Source: Methanothrix sp. (lineage in GTDB: Archaea; Halobacteriota; Methanosarcinia; Methanotrichales; Methanotrichaceae). From it: 64,000 nucleotides of DNA. How positions within the stretch are numbered: the stretch's first letter is position 1; every line of letters starts with the position of its first letter. The notes beneath the pieces were generated by a model. That model did not search any database, had not been told where the DNA came from, and saw only the letters and a list, made by a program, of their open reading frames with translations. Shown in pieces: positions 31,329-41,927 of the stretch. Where the stretch lies: NCBI GenBank assembly GCA_963682135.1, contig OY821645.1:2720001-2784000 (forward strand). The letters run 5' to 3'. A program made the position numbers and the translations under genes.

Positions 31329-34300
31329 ATGAACAAATGGGTTTCTTGTAAAGCCAAATCCAGATTTTGGCAAATCGCGTTTATCATTCTTGTATCGATA
31401 TTTCTGATCAGCGGCTCAGCCAGTGCAGCTGCTCACCTCAAATTTACAAAGACCATTACTACAGGATTAACGACTCATGAGCTAGACACCTTGACTGCTC
31501 ATTATGTTATTGAAAATGATGGCACTGAGACGATTGACAATATCGTAATTAAGGATTCAAGGAACTATCCATACTCAGGCGGATCTTACATAGTATATAC
31601 CTTCCCGCCCTCGGGTGACCTGGGCTCTCTTGCTCCCGGTGGAACGCCAATAACATACGATGATAATTATTTGGTTTCAAATACTGATGCCTGTAACCTA
31701 CCTAATTTGGTGGGAGACGCCTATGCATATGGAACATACGGAAGCAGTCCATCTACTCCTTATTCATCAGATATATTTGAAACGATAACTGGCGTCTCTA
31801 CGTCGACCTCAATACACATCGACAAGGCAATTACCGGTCGCCCCAATAATTATGCCCATCCGCACGATGTGGTGCGTTTTACATACACCGTAGAAAATAC
31901 CGGGTCTCTGTCTGTTTCTAATATCAGGGTAGTAGACACCCCGTTCGGCACAATCTCATTGGCTTCGCCTACTCTGGCGCCATTAGGGAAAACCGGTTCA
32001 AGTACGACCGGAATATACGACTTTACTGTGCCTACAGGCATTACATCTCATTATAATTCGGTGGATGCTAAGGCAGATAGCTGCAAAAAAACGGATTCTG
32101 TATCTTCAGCTGATGCAAATCTGTTCGTCATCGATCCTGATCTGACCATAACAAAGACCTCAGATAAAGATTATGGAAAAGCAGGCGACACAGTAATTTT
32201 CACCGTCACTATCACCAATTCTCCCGATTCGACCCTCAATAATATAATCGTTGAAGATACTCTTCCTGCTGGACTGACCTTTGTTGATGATGCTTCTTCG
32301 GACCCTAAGCCGGTTCCAAACCCGCCCGTTGTCAATCTGGATGGTACAACTACTCTAATGTATTACAGATCCCAATTGACCAAAAATGCAGTTTGGACCA
32401 TTAAAATAAAGGCTCAGTTTGTCGGGACTCCCTATCTGGGCGTTCTAAGAAACAATGTAAAGGTTGATGCCACCGACCTGGCACTTGATCCAATTGATAC
32501 AGAGTATGCGTGGAAAGATGTTACTGCGTATTCAGTCGACATGTCCGTAGCGAAATCCGCGGTTCCTGATCATGGTATTGTGGGTGCTTCCATCAAGTTC
32601 CCGCTGGTAATCACCAACCTTGGCACAGCCGAGATGTCCCATGTTAAGGTCACCGATACTCTGCCCCTGGGCCTGACCTATGATTCCACCAAGACCCCAA
32701 TTGGAGATCGTCCCGACAGCTCAGCCGGCGGTGTCCTGATCTGGAATGACATCGGCCCTCTGGCCGCCTCAGGACTCCCAGGCAACACCAGAACCCTCGA
32801 GCTCTGGGTAACCATAGATGGCGGTTTCATCGGCCCGATGACGAATCCCGTTCAAGCCGATGGCGTCACGCAATATGGCGACACCATCACTAAAACAGCT
32901 TCAGCAGTAGTCACCTCCTATACCTTCGACATGTCTGTAGCGAAATCCGCGGTTCCTGATCATGGTCTTGTCGGCGCTTCCATCAAGTTCCCATTAGTAA
33001 TCACTAACCTGGGCACAGCCGAAATGACCCATGTTAAGGTCACCGATACTCTGCCCCTGGGTCTGACCTATGATTCCACCAAGACCCCAATTGGAGATCG
33101 TCCCGACAGCTCAGCCGGCGGTGTCCTGATCTGGAATGACATCGGCCCTCTGGCCGCCTCAGGACTCCCAGGCAACACCAGAACCCTCGAGCTCTGGGTA
33201 ACCATAGATGGCGGCTTCATCGGCCCGATGACGAATCCCGTTCAAGCCGATGGCGTCACGCAATATGGCGACACCATCACCAAAACAGCTTCAGCAGTAG
33301 TCACCTCCTATACCTTCGACATGTCCGTAGCGAAATCCGCGGTTCCTGATCATGGTCTTGTCGGCGCATCCATCAAGTTCCCGCTGGTAATCACTAACCT
33401 GGGCACAGCCGAGATGTCCCATGTTAAGGTCACCGATACTCTGCCCCTGGGCCTGACCTATGATTCCACCAAGACCCCAATTGGAGATCGTCCCGACAGC
33501 TCAGCCGGCGGCGTCCTGATCTGGAATGACATCGGCCCTCTGGCCGCCTCAGGACTCCCAGGCAACACCAGAACCCTCGAGCTCTGGGTAACCATAGATG
33601 GCGGCTTCATTGGCCCGATGACGAATCCCGTTCAAGCCGATGGCGTCACGCAATATGGCGACACCATCACTAAAACAGCTTCAGCAGTAGTCACGTCCTA
33701 TACCTTCGACATGTCCGTAGCGAAATCCGCGGTTCCCGATCATGGTCCTGTGGGCGCATCCATCAAGTTCCCGCTGGTAATCACTAACCTTGGCACCGCC
33801 GAGATGTCCCATGTTAAGGTCACCGATACTCTGCCCCTGGGCCTGACCTATGATTCCACCAAGACCCCGGCAGGCGATAGGCCCGACAGCTCAGCCGGCG
33901 GCATACTGATCTGGAATGACATCGGCCCTCTGGCCGCCTCAGGACTCCCAGGCAACACCAGAACCCTCGAGCTCTGGGTAACCATAGATGGCGGCTTCAT
34001 TGGCCCGATGACGAATCCCGTTCAAGCCGATGGCGTCACGCAATATGGCGACACGATCACTAAAACAGCTTCGGCAGTAGTCTTGTCCTATACCGTAGAT
34101 ATGTCTGTAGCGAAATCCGCGGTTCCTGATCATGGTCTTGTGGGTGCTTCCATCAAGTTCCCGCTGGTAATCACTAACCTTGGCACCGCCGAAATGACCC
34201 ATGTTAAGGTCACCGATACTCTGCCCCTGGGCCTGACCTATGATTCCACCAAGACCCCAATTGGAGATCGTCCCGACAGCTCAGCCGGCGGTGTCCTGAT

Positions 34301-37300
34301 CTGGAATGACATCGGCCCTCTGGCCGCCTCAGGACTCCCAGGCAACACCAGAACCCTCGAGCTCTGGGTAACCATAGATGGCGGCTTCATCGGTCCGATG
34401 ACGAATCCCGTTCAAGCCGATGGCGTCACGCAATATGGCGACACCATCACCAAAACAGCTTCAGCAGTAGTCACCTCCTATACCGTAGATATGTCTGTAG
34501 CAAAATCCGCGGTTCCTGATCATGGTCCAGTGGGTGCATCCATCAAGTTCCCGCTGGTAATCACTAACCTTGGCACCGCCGAAATGACCCATGTTAAGGT
34601 CACCGATACTCTGCCCCTGGGCCTGACCTATGATTCCACCAAGACCCCGGCAGGCGATAGGCCCGACAGCTCCACAGGCGGCATACTGATCTGGAATGAC
34701 ATCGGCCCTCTGGCCGCCTCAGGACTCCCAGGCAACACCAGAACCCTCGAGCTCTGGGTAACCATAGATGGCGGCTTCATTGGCCCGATGACGAATCCCG
34801 TTCAAGCCGATGGCGTCACGCAATATGGCGACACGATCACTAAAACAGCTTCGGCAGTAGTCACCTCCTATACCGTAGATATGTCTGTAGCGAAATCCGC
34901 GGTTCCTGATCATGGTCTTGTGGGTGCTTCCATCAAGTTCCCGCTGGTAATCACTAACCTTGGCACAGCCGAAATGACCCATGTTAAGGTCACCGATACT
35001 CTGCCCCTGGGCCTGACCTATGATTCCACCAAGACCCCGGCAGGCGATAGGCCCGACAGCTCTACAGGCGGCATACTGATCTGGAATGACATCGGCCCTC
35101 TGGCCGCCTCAGGACTCCCAGGCAACACCAGAACCCTCGAGCTCTGGGTAACCATAGATGGCGGCTTCATTGGCCCGATGACGAATCCCGTTCAAGCCGA
35201 TGGCGTCACGCAATATGGCGACACCATCACTAAAACAGCTTCAGCAGTAGTCACCTCCTATACCGTAGATATGTCTGTAGCGAAATCCGCGGTTCCCGAT
35301 CATGGTCTTGTCGGCGCATCCATCAAGTTCCCGCTGGTAATCACTAATCTGGGCACAGCCGAAATGACCCATGTTAAGGTCACCGATACTCTGCCCCTGG
35401 GCCTGACCTATGATTCCACCAAGACCCCAATTGGAGATCGTCCCGACAGCTCAGCCGGCGGTGTCCTGATCTGGAATGACATCGGCCCTCTGGCCGCCTC
35501 AGGACTCCCAGGCAACACCAGAACCCTCGAGCTCTGGGTAACCATAGATGGTGGCTTCATCGGTCCGATGACGAATCCCGTTCAAGCCGATGGCGTCACG
35601 CAATATGGCGACACCATCACCAAAACAGCTTCAGCAGTAGTCACGTCCTATACCTTCGACATGTCCGTAGCGAAATCCGCGGTTCCCGATCATGGTCCTG
35701 TGGGCGCATCCATCAAGTTCCCGCTGGTAATCACTAACCTTGGCACCGCCGAGATGTCCCATGTTAAGGTCACCGATACTCTGCCCCTGGGCCTGACCTA
35801 TGATTCCACCAAGACCCCGGCAGGCGATAGGCCCGACAGCTCCACAGGCGGCATACTGATCTGGAATGACATCGGCCCTCTGGCCGCCTCAGGACTCCCA
35901 GGCAACACCAGAACCCTCGAGCTCTGGGTAACCATAGATGGCGGCTTCATCGGCCCGATGACGAATCCCGTTCAAGCCGATGGCGTCACGCAATATGGCG
36001 ACACCATCACCAAAACAGCTTCAGCAGTAGTCTTGTCCTATACCGTAGATATGTCTGTAGCGAAATCCGCGGTTCCTGATCATGGTCCAGTGGGCGCTTC
36101 CATCAAGTTCCCGCTGGTAATCACTAACCTGGGCACAGCCGAAATGTCCCATGTTAAGGTCACCGATACTCTGCCCCTGGGTCTGACCTATGATTCCACC
36201 AAGACCCCGGCAGGCGATAGGCCCGACAGCTCCGCAGGCGGTGTCCTGATCTGGAATGACATCGGTCCGCTGGCTCCCACTACAGGCACAAGAACTCTCG
36301 AGCTCTGGGTTACCATAGATGGCGGCTTCATCGGCCCGATGACAAATCCCGTTCAAGCCGATGGCGTCACGCAATATGGCGACACCATCACCAAAACTGC
36401 TTCGGCTGTTGTCACCTCCTATACCTTCGACATGTCCGTAGCGAAATCCGCGGTTCCCGATCATGGTCCAGTGGGCGCTTCCATTAAATTCCCGCTAGTA
36501 ATCACTAACCTGGGGACAGCCGAAATGACTCATGTCAAGGTCACCGATACTCTTCCCACGGGCCTGACCTATGATCCTTCCAAGACCCCGGCAGGCGATA
36601 GGCCCGACAGCTCCGCAGGCGGTGTTCTGATCTGGAATGACATCGGTCCGTTGGCCCCCACTACAGGCACAAGAACTCTCGAGCTCTGGGTAACCATAGA
36701 TGGCGGCTTCATCGGCCCGATGACGAATCCCGTTCAAGCCGATGGCGTCACGCAATATGGCGACACCATCACCAAAACAGCTTCAGCAGTAGTCTTGTCC
36801 TATACCGTCGATATGTCAGTAGCCAAGTCGGCAGATCCTGTTCGGGGTAAAGCAGGCACTTCTGTTAAATTCCCGCTTGTCATCACCAACCTTGGCACAG
36901 CAATAATGACCACCGTTAAGGTCACAGATACCCTTCCTGCCGGCCTGACTTATGATCCAGTCAAGACTCCGGTAGGCGATAGGCCCGACAGCTCCGCAGG
37001 CGGCGTCCTGATCTGGAACAACATCGGCCCACTGGCAGCCTCAGGGGGCACGAGAACCCTAGAACTCTGGGTTACCATAGATGGATCCTATATCGGCACA
37101 ATGACTAATACGGTTCAGGTCGATGGTACTTCGGAATATGGTGATCCCATTACAAAGACCGCCACCGCCGATGTCACTTCCTATAACGTCTTAATGGATG
37201 TCGATAAATCGGCCAGCCCGAACTTTGGTCCAGCAGGCACTTCCATCGATTTCCCGCTAAAGATAGATAACAAGGGAACAGCAAAGCTGGCTACTGTGAC

Positions 37301-40300
37301 GGTTACAGATACATTGCCCAAGGGCCTGACCTATGATGCAGCCAAGAGCGTTCCGCCTGCGGATTCATCCAATAAGGATCCTGTAACAGGAATAACCATT
37401 CTTGTCTGGAATAACGTCGGTCCGCTCGATGGTTCTACTGGCACAACGACCATCCACCTCTGGGCTACAATTGACGGCTCATTCTTCGGCAAGATGACCA
37501 ACAGGGTAGATGTTCTGGGCATTTCGGAATATCAAGAACCCGTTACTGGATTTGATACTGCTGATGTCACGTCGCATAACGTATTCATGAATGTAGACAA
37601 ATCAGCGAATCCGGATATCGGCATAGTTGGCACCTCCGTCAACTTCCCACTGAAGGTTGATAATACGGGTACAGCCAAACTGGATACCGTGAAGGTAACA
37701 GATACGCTGCCCAAAGGCCTGACCTATGATGCAGCCAAGAGCGTTCCACCTGCAGATACATCTTCAACTGATCCTGCAACAGGCATAACCACTCTCGTCT
37801 GGAATAATGTGGGACCGCTGAATCCGGTTACAGGTACGATTACCATTAATCTTTGGGCAACAATTGATGGTAATATCCTTGGCATGATGACCAACAGAGT
37901 TGATGTTCTGGGCATCTCGGAACATGGTGAGGAGATCTCTGAATTCGATACTGCCGATGTCAAATCCTATTCGGTCTTAATGGATGTCGACAAATCGGCT
38001 GTACCGGAGTTTGGTCCAACCGGCACATCTATTGATTTCCCGCTAAAGGTAGACAATAAGGGATCGGCAAAGCTGACAACTGTGAAGGTAACAGATACAT
38101 TGCCCAAAGGCCTGACCTATGATGCTGCAAAGAGCGTTCCACCTGCGGATTCATCTTCAACCGATCCAGCAACAGGCATAACCACTCTGATCTGGAATAA
38201 CATGGGTCCGCTGGATGCCGTTACGGGTACGATTACCATCCATCTCTGGGCAACAATCGATGGCAACTACCTCGGCAAGATGACGAATTTAGTAGATGTC
38301 TTCGGTACCTCGGAATATGGCGAGAATATTGAAAAGACCGATACCGCCGATGTAAGATCCGGATCGGTTCTAATGGATGTTGATAAATCCGCAATACCTG
38401 ATTTGGGCCAAGCCGGTACATCTATTGACTTCCCAGTAAAGGTAACCAACCTGGGAACCTTGAAACTTGTTACCGTTAAGGTTACCGATACTCTTCCCAA
38501 AGGACTGACCTATGATGCTGGCAAGAGCGTTCCACCTGCGGATTCATCCTCAATAGATCCCTCAACCGGCATAACCACTCTGGTCTGGAACAATGTGGGT
38601 CCGCTGGATCCCCTTACCGGTACAACAACCATCCATCTTGCGGCCACAATTGATGGCAGCTTCATTGGCAAGATGACAAATGTAGTTGATGTGCTCGGAA
38701 CATCCGAGTTTGGAGAAGATATACCCGGTTCCGATACTGCTGATGTCACATCATATGTGTCCACAATGGCGGTCGAAAAAACTGTAGATCTGCCCAAAGC
38801 CCCAATCGATACGGTAGTAACCTTCACCATGAAGGTAACTAACATGGGTACGACAAATCTGGTTACTGCTGAAGCAAAAGATACTCTGCCTAATGGCCTT
38901 AGTTATATAGAGGCAACTCCTGCACCAAACTCCAATACGCCTGGACCCTCAGGAACTACAATCCTGGTCTGGAATAATGTTGGTCCACTGGCTGCGAACG
39001 GCGGTTCAGCTACCATAGTGATGAAAGCTAAGATAACTGGTACCGTCGAGGGTACGATGACCAATAGCATTGATGTCACAGCAAGAACCGAATATGGTGA
39101 GGAACTAAAAGGGCATGATACAGCTGATGTAACTCTGGAAAAAGCCAGTATCGGTGTATCCAAGCAGGCTATCCCAGATTTCGGATTGCCGGGGAGCATA
39201 ATCGAATTCCCGATAATTGTCAAGAACGACGGTAATGTCGATCTGGTGCAGGTTTCTGCTAAGGATACTCTTCCAGATGGGCTTGAGTATCTCGAAGACG
39301 ATCACGGCGGAGTGTTGATAGCTCCTGGTGTCATCCAATGGAGCAATCTGGAAACCGTAGATAAAATTGATTTCCTTCCGCCTGGCGGCGAGATTCATAT
39401 CAATCTGAAAACTGTTGTAAAGAGCACCATCGTCGGCGAACTGGATAATGTCGTCTATGCATCAGGTGTACCCAGGGGCGGCGGCAAGCGCGTTGAAAAA
39501 GAAGCTGAAGCCAAGGTATCCGTTAAATATTTCGGTGTTTCAAAGACCTCAGATAAGAGAACATATCGCCCTGGCGAGGAGATAACCTATACCATATTAG
39601 TTTGCCACCTTCGCGGAGCAACTGAGCCGCTAAGGGATGTAATAGTCAAAGATATCTTCCAGAATCCAGGACAGGTTGAGATCGTAGCCAGCTATCCTGA
39701 ACTATCTGATGATGGTACGTGGCATATTAGTGAGATCAAGCCTGGAGAATGCGCAAAAATGATCCTTATCGCCAGGACACCCAAGATCAGAACCACATTT
39801 GATCTGGATCAGTCTGTGAAAGGAAAGGGCTTCGTCAATGTGAATAACGACCTGGCTACCGCGGTTGGTCCCTACGGAATAGATAATTGTGTCTATGTAG
39901 AGGCCAGAATGGGAGATGCTAAGGTTATCAATAGTACCTGTTTGGGTGTCACTATCGATGATACAGGCACTGAGCTACAGACGAGAGAACATGGAAGCGG
40001 TGATTACAGCTCTGAGGAGAAGACCAGCCTCAAATGGGAGAACAGATCCATCAAATCGCTGAAGAATGTCTCTGCCAGCTACTCTCCGACGACTTTCGAG
40101 CTGCCAGGCAACAAGGGCATAAATTACGACTCAAAGTGGACTGAGGAGAGCCGCGCCAAGAACCACATCACCGGCGCAGTCATGCATGAGACCTATCGCT
40201 ATGCTACCGACATAGACCGCGATTCGTATGTCAAGATGGATGAGAATGGATCCGAAATGGTTGTAGACTCCAGCTTTACCGGCAAGGGCAGCATCGGATT

Positions 40301-41819
40301 CTTCAAGAAGTCCTCGCCTGATGCTGGACCCAAGAGAAAACCCATCTTCGAGAGCCAGGAGGACTACAGCGGCCAATTCAGAATCAATGAATCATTTGAT
40401 GAATACGGCAAGAACGTTGTAACCACAAAAGCCGCCTCTGGAGAGGGCTTCGTCTCCTCAGACAAGAGGGTTCGAGATAGCCAGAGGACCTACGAGTCTG
40501 GTACCGGCTCATACAAGAGCGAGGAGATCGTGGATACCTTCACCAATTACATAGGGAAGGATATTGAGGTCGCTCATAAGCCGAGCAGCTACAGCTACTC
40601 TCCATCCATCACTGCTAACCAGGACATGAAGTGGAGTGAGGGAATCTGGTCCAAGAGCGGCAAGCTGCGTGGAGGCGTTATAGTCGCTGCCAATGACTCA
40701 ACCGGTGCTGCCTCAGTGGAGGTACCGTGCAACACTTCCAATAAGAGCTCGGCTCCCGCTACTATCATCAGCGAGAAGTATTCATCTCTGGAGTATCTGA
40801 AGAAGGATTCCGTAGCACTCGGATTAAATGAGATGAAGACCAATGCCACCTTCGAAGGAGTTGCCGATTTCAGGGCAGCATCGGTCGGTGTAAATGGCTC
40901 GGATGAAGTAGACAATGAGGAGCGCTATGTAGGCGCATATAGCCTGAACCGGCATATTCTCATGACCGGCGTCGCCAAGTACGACTATCCGCATATCACC
41001 GTGACCAAGGAAGGAGTTAAAAAATCCGAATGGTTCAATCGGATCAACTCTACAATTGGCGATTACATCATAACCGTAACCAATGATGGTAATCGCGCCC
41101 TGGCTCCGGTTTATGTAGCGGATTTCTTCCCGCCGGGCACCCAGTACATCAGCTCCTCGGTAAAACCGACAACACTTACCGATAAGACTGCCAACTGGAC
41201 TATACTGCATCTCGGAATTGGCAACAGCCTGAGCATAAATCTAAAGCTCAACATAACCGAAAATGCACCTGATAGCGTGCTCAATTGTGTCCAGGTTACC
41301 GGAATGGCCGGCGAATCTATGGTTTCATCAACCAATTGCACTAGCCTGGATTCCGCATGGCTGGGATGCTGTGCATCCCAGGTCTCAGTGGAAAAGAATG
41401 CCAAATTGGACTCAATGGATCCGACTGTAGTGCATTACACCATAATGCTCAGAAACAATGCCAAGAGTAACTGGGCTGCAAAGGTTACCGATCAGATTCC
41501 AGTAGATATGACCCTGCTGAATTCCTCAGTTGAGCCATACAGCAAGGACCCGATCTACATCGCCTGGAATTTCGCCAATCTGCAGCCTGATGAACTGGTT
41601 ACCATTGAGTATAGCATGCGTGCAGCCAGAAATGGAGCTTATACCAATAAGGTGCACGTGGATGCCAGCGCGGTGGATGGATCTGGCAGCGGTTCTGCCG
41701 ATGCATATGCTTACATAGATGTTAGGGGCACTGGTGTTGCCCCAAGGACTCTCAGGTATGACGGTTGGCAGCCGCCAGACTGGGAACTGAATACATCAGA
41801 TGTTGGCATAACCATTTAA
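31329..41819 (+). CDS. Giant (~3500 aa) secreted DUF11-repeat cell-surface protein
   Basis: ATG at 31329 followed by a signal peptide; about 20 units of K(S/T)A...TNxG...VTDTLPxGL..N..V; no C-terminal TM segment. Confidence 0.9.
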   Translation: MNKWVSCKAKSRFWQIAFIILVSIFLISGSASAAAHLKFTKTITTGLTTHELDTLTAHYVIENDGTETIDNIVIKDSRNYPYSGGSYIVYTFPPSGDLGSLAPGGTPITYDDNYLVSNTDACNLPNLVGDAYAYGTYGSSPSTPYSSDIFETITGVSTSTSIHIDKAITGRPNNYAHPHDVVRFTYTVENTGSLSVSNIRVVDTPFGTISLASPTLAPLGKTGSSTTGIYDFTVPTGITSHYNSVDAKADSCKKTDSVSSADANLFVIDPDLTITKTSDKDYGKAGDTVIFTVTITNSPDSTLNNIIVEDTLPAGLTFVDDASSDPKPVPNPPVVNLDGTTTLMYYRSQLTKNAVWTIKIKAQFVGTPYLGVLRNNVKVDATDLALDPIDTEYAWKDVTAYSVDMSVAKSAVPDHGIVGASIKFPLVITNLGTAEMSHVKVTDTLPLGLTYDSTKTPIGDRPDSSAGGVLIWNDIGPLAASGLPGNTRTLELWVTIDGGFIGPMTNPVQADGVTQYGDTITKTASAVVTSYTFDMSVAKSAVPDHGLVGASIKFPLVITNLGTAEMTHVKVTDTLPLGLTYDSTKTPIGDRPDSSAGGVLIWNDIGPLAASGLPGNTRTLELWVTIDGGFIGPMTNPVQADGVTQYGDTITKTASAVVTSYTFDMSVAKSAVPDHGLVGASIKFPLVITNLGTAEMSHVKVTDTLPLGLTYDSTKTPIGDRPDSSAGGVLIWNDIGPLAASGLPGNTRTLELWVTIDGGFIGPMTNPVQADGVTQYGDTITKTASAVVTSYTFDMSVAKSAVPDHGPVGASIKFPLVITNLGTAEMSHVKVTDTLPLGLTYDSTKTPAGDRPDSSAGGILIWNDIGPLAASGLPGNTRTLELWVTIDGGFIGPMTNPVQADGVTQYGDTITKTASAVVLSYTVDMSVAKSAVPDHGLVGASIKFPLVITNLGTAEMTHVKVTDTLPLGLTYDSTKTPIGDRPDSSAGGVLIWNDIGPLAASGLPGNTRTLELWVTIDGGFIGPMTNPVQADGVTQYGDTITKTASAVVTSYTVDMSVAKSAVPDHGPVGASIKFPLVITNLGTAEMTHVKVTDTLPLGLTYDSTKTPAGDRPDSSTGGILIWNDIGPLAASGLPGNTRTLELWVTIDGGFIGPMTNPVQADGVTQYGDTITKTASAVVTSYTVDMSVAKSAVPDHGLVGASIKFPLVITNLGTAEMTHVKVTDTLPLGLTYDSTKTPAGDRPDSSTGGILIWNDIGPLAASGLPGNTRTLELWVTIDGGFIGPMTNPVQADGVTQYGDTITKTASAVVTSYTVDMSVAKSAVPDHGLVGASIKFPLVITNLGTAEMTHVKVTDTLPLGLTYDSTKTPIGDRPDSSAGGVLIWNDIGPLAASGLPGNTRTLELWVTIDGGFIGPMTNPVQADGVTQYGDTITKTASAVVTSYTFDMSVAKSAVPDHGPVGASIKFPLVITNLGTAEMSHVKVTDTLPLGLTYDSTKTPAGDRPDSSTGGILIWNDIGPLAASGLPGNTRTLELWVTIDGGFIGPMTNPVQADGVTQYGDTITKTASAVVLSYTVDMSVAKSAVPDHGPVGASIKFPLVITNLGTAEMSHVKVTDTLPLGLTYDSTKTPAGDRPDSSAGGVLIWNDIGPLAPTTGTRTLELWVTIDGGFIGPMTNPVQADGVTQYGDTITKTASAVVTSYTFDMSVAKSAVPDHGPVGASIKFPLVITNLGTAEMTHVKVTDTLPTGLTYDPSKTPAGDRPDSSAGGVLIWNDIGPLAPTTGTRTLELWVTIDGGFIGPMTNPVQADGVTQYGDTITKTASAVVLSYTVDMSVAKSADPVRGKAGTSVKFPLVITNLGTAIMTTVKVTDTLPAGLTYDPVKTPVGDRPDSSAGGVLIWNNIGPLAASGGTRTLELWVTIDGSYIGTMTNTVQVDGTSEYGDPITKTATADVTSYNVLMDVDKSASPNFGPAGTSIDFPLKIDNKGTAKLATVTVTDTLPKGLTYDAAKSVPPADSSNKDPVTGITILVWNNVGPLDGSTGTTTIHLWATIDGSFFGKMTNRVDVLGISEYQEPVTGFDTADVTSHNVFMNVDKSANPDIGIVGTSVNFPLKVDNTGTAKLDTVKVTDTLPKGLTYDAAKSVPPADTSSTDPATGITTLVWNNVGPLNPVTGTITINLWATIDGNILGMMTNRVDVLGISEHGEEISEFDTADVKSYSVLMDVDKSAVPEFGPTGTSIDFPLKVDNKGSAKLTTVKVTDTLPKGLTYDAAKSVPPADSSSTDPATGITTLIWNNMGPLDAVTGTITIHLWATIDGNYLGKMTNLVDVFGTSEYGENIEKTDTADVRSGSVLMDVDKSAIPDLGQAGTSIDFPVKVTNLGTLKLVTVKVTDTLPKGLTYDAGKSVPPADSSSIDPSTGITTLVWNNVGPLDPLTGTTTIHLAATIDGSFIGKMTNVVDVLGTSEFGEDIPGSDTADVTSYVSTMAVEKTVDLPKAPIDTVVTFTMKVTNMGTTNLVTAEAKDTLPNGLSYIEATPAPNSNTPGPSGTTILVWNNVGPLAANGGSATIVMKAKITGTVEGTMTNSIDVTARTEYGEELKGHDTADVTLEKASIGVSKQAIPDFGLPGSIIEFPIIVKNDGNVDLVQVSAKDTLPDGLEYLEDDHGGVLIAPGVIQWSNLETVDKIDFLPPGGEIHINLKTVVKSTIVGELDNVVYASGVPRGGGKRVEKEAEAKVSVKYFGVSKTSDKRTYRPGEEITYTILVCHLRGATEPLRDVIVKDIFQNPGQVEIVASYPELSDDGTWHISEIKPGECAKMILIARTPKIRTTFDLDQSVKGKGFVNVNNDLATAVGPYGIDNCVYVEARMGDAKVINSTCLGVTIDDTGTELQTREHGSGDYSSEEKTSLKWENRSIKSLKNVSASYSPTTFELPGNKGINYDSKWTEESRAKNHITGAVMHETYRYATDIDRDSYVKMDENGSEMVVDSSFTGKGSIGFFKKSSPDAGPKRKPIFESQEDYSGQFRINESFDEYGKNVVTTKAASGEGFVSSDKRVRDSQRTYESGTGSYKSEEIVDTFTNYIGKDIEVAHKPSSYSYSPSITANQDMKWSEGIWSKSGKLRGGVIVAANDSTGAASVEVPCNTSNKSSAPATIISEKYSSLEYLKKDSVALGLNEMKTNATFEGVADFRAASVGVNGSDEVDNEERYVGAYSLNRHILMTGVAKYDYPHITVTKEGVKKSEWFNRINSTIGDYIITVTNDGNRALAPVYVADFFPPGTQYISSSVKPTTLTDKTANWTILHLGIGNSLSINLKLNITENAPDSVLNCVQVTGMAGESMVSSTNCTSLDSAWLGCCASQVSVEKNAKLDSMDPTVVHYTIMLRNNAKSNWAAKVTDQIPVDMTLLNSSVEPYSKDPIYIAWNFANLQPDELVTIEYSMRAARNGAYTNKVHVDASAVDGSGSGSADAYAYIDVRGTGVAPRTLRYDGWQPPDWELNTSDVGITI
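32541..36812 (+). repeat. Intragenic tandem array: 9 x 390 bp plus 2 x 381 bp near-identical units
   Basis: Unit start ATGTCYGTAGCRAAATCCGCGGTTCC at 32541, 32931, 33321, 33711, 34101, 34491, 34881, 35271, 35661, 36051 and 36432. Confidence 0.95.
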
Positions 41820-41927
41820 GTGCAAAATGCCTGGGCTTTTAGCTCAGGCTACTTTTTTTATAAAACTTCATTTTCAGGCATGCTAACCTTAATAAAGAAG
41901 CATTCCAAGTGACTAGCGTGGTATAGC

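Noticed and set aside
32541-36812. CRISPR array or DGR template/variable repeats
   Set aside because: Units are 390-bp in-frame coding repeats with no unique spacers. Differences are not adenine-specific, and no cas or reverse transcriptase gene is in the window.
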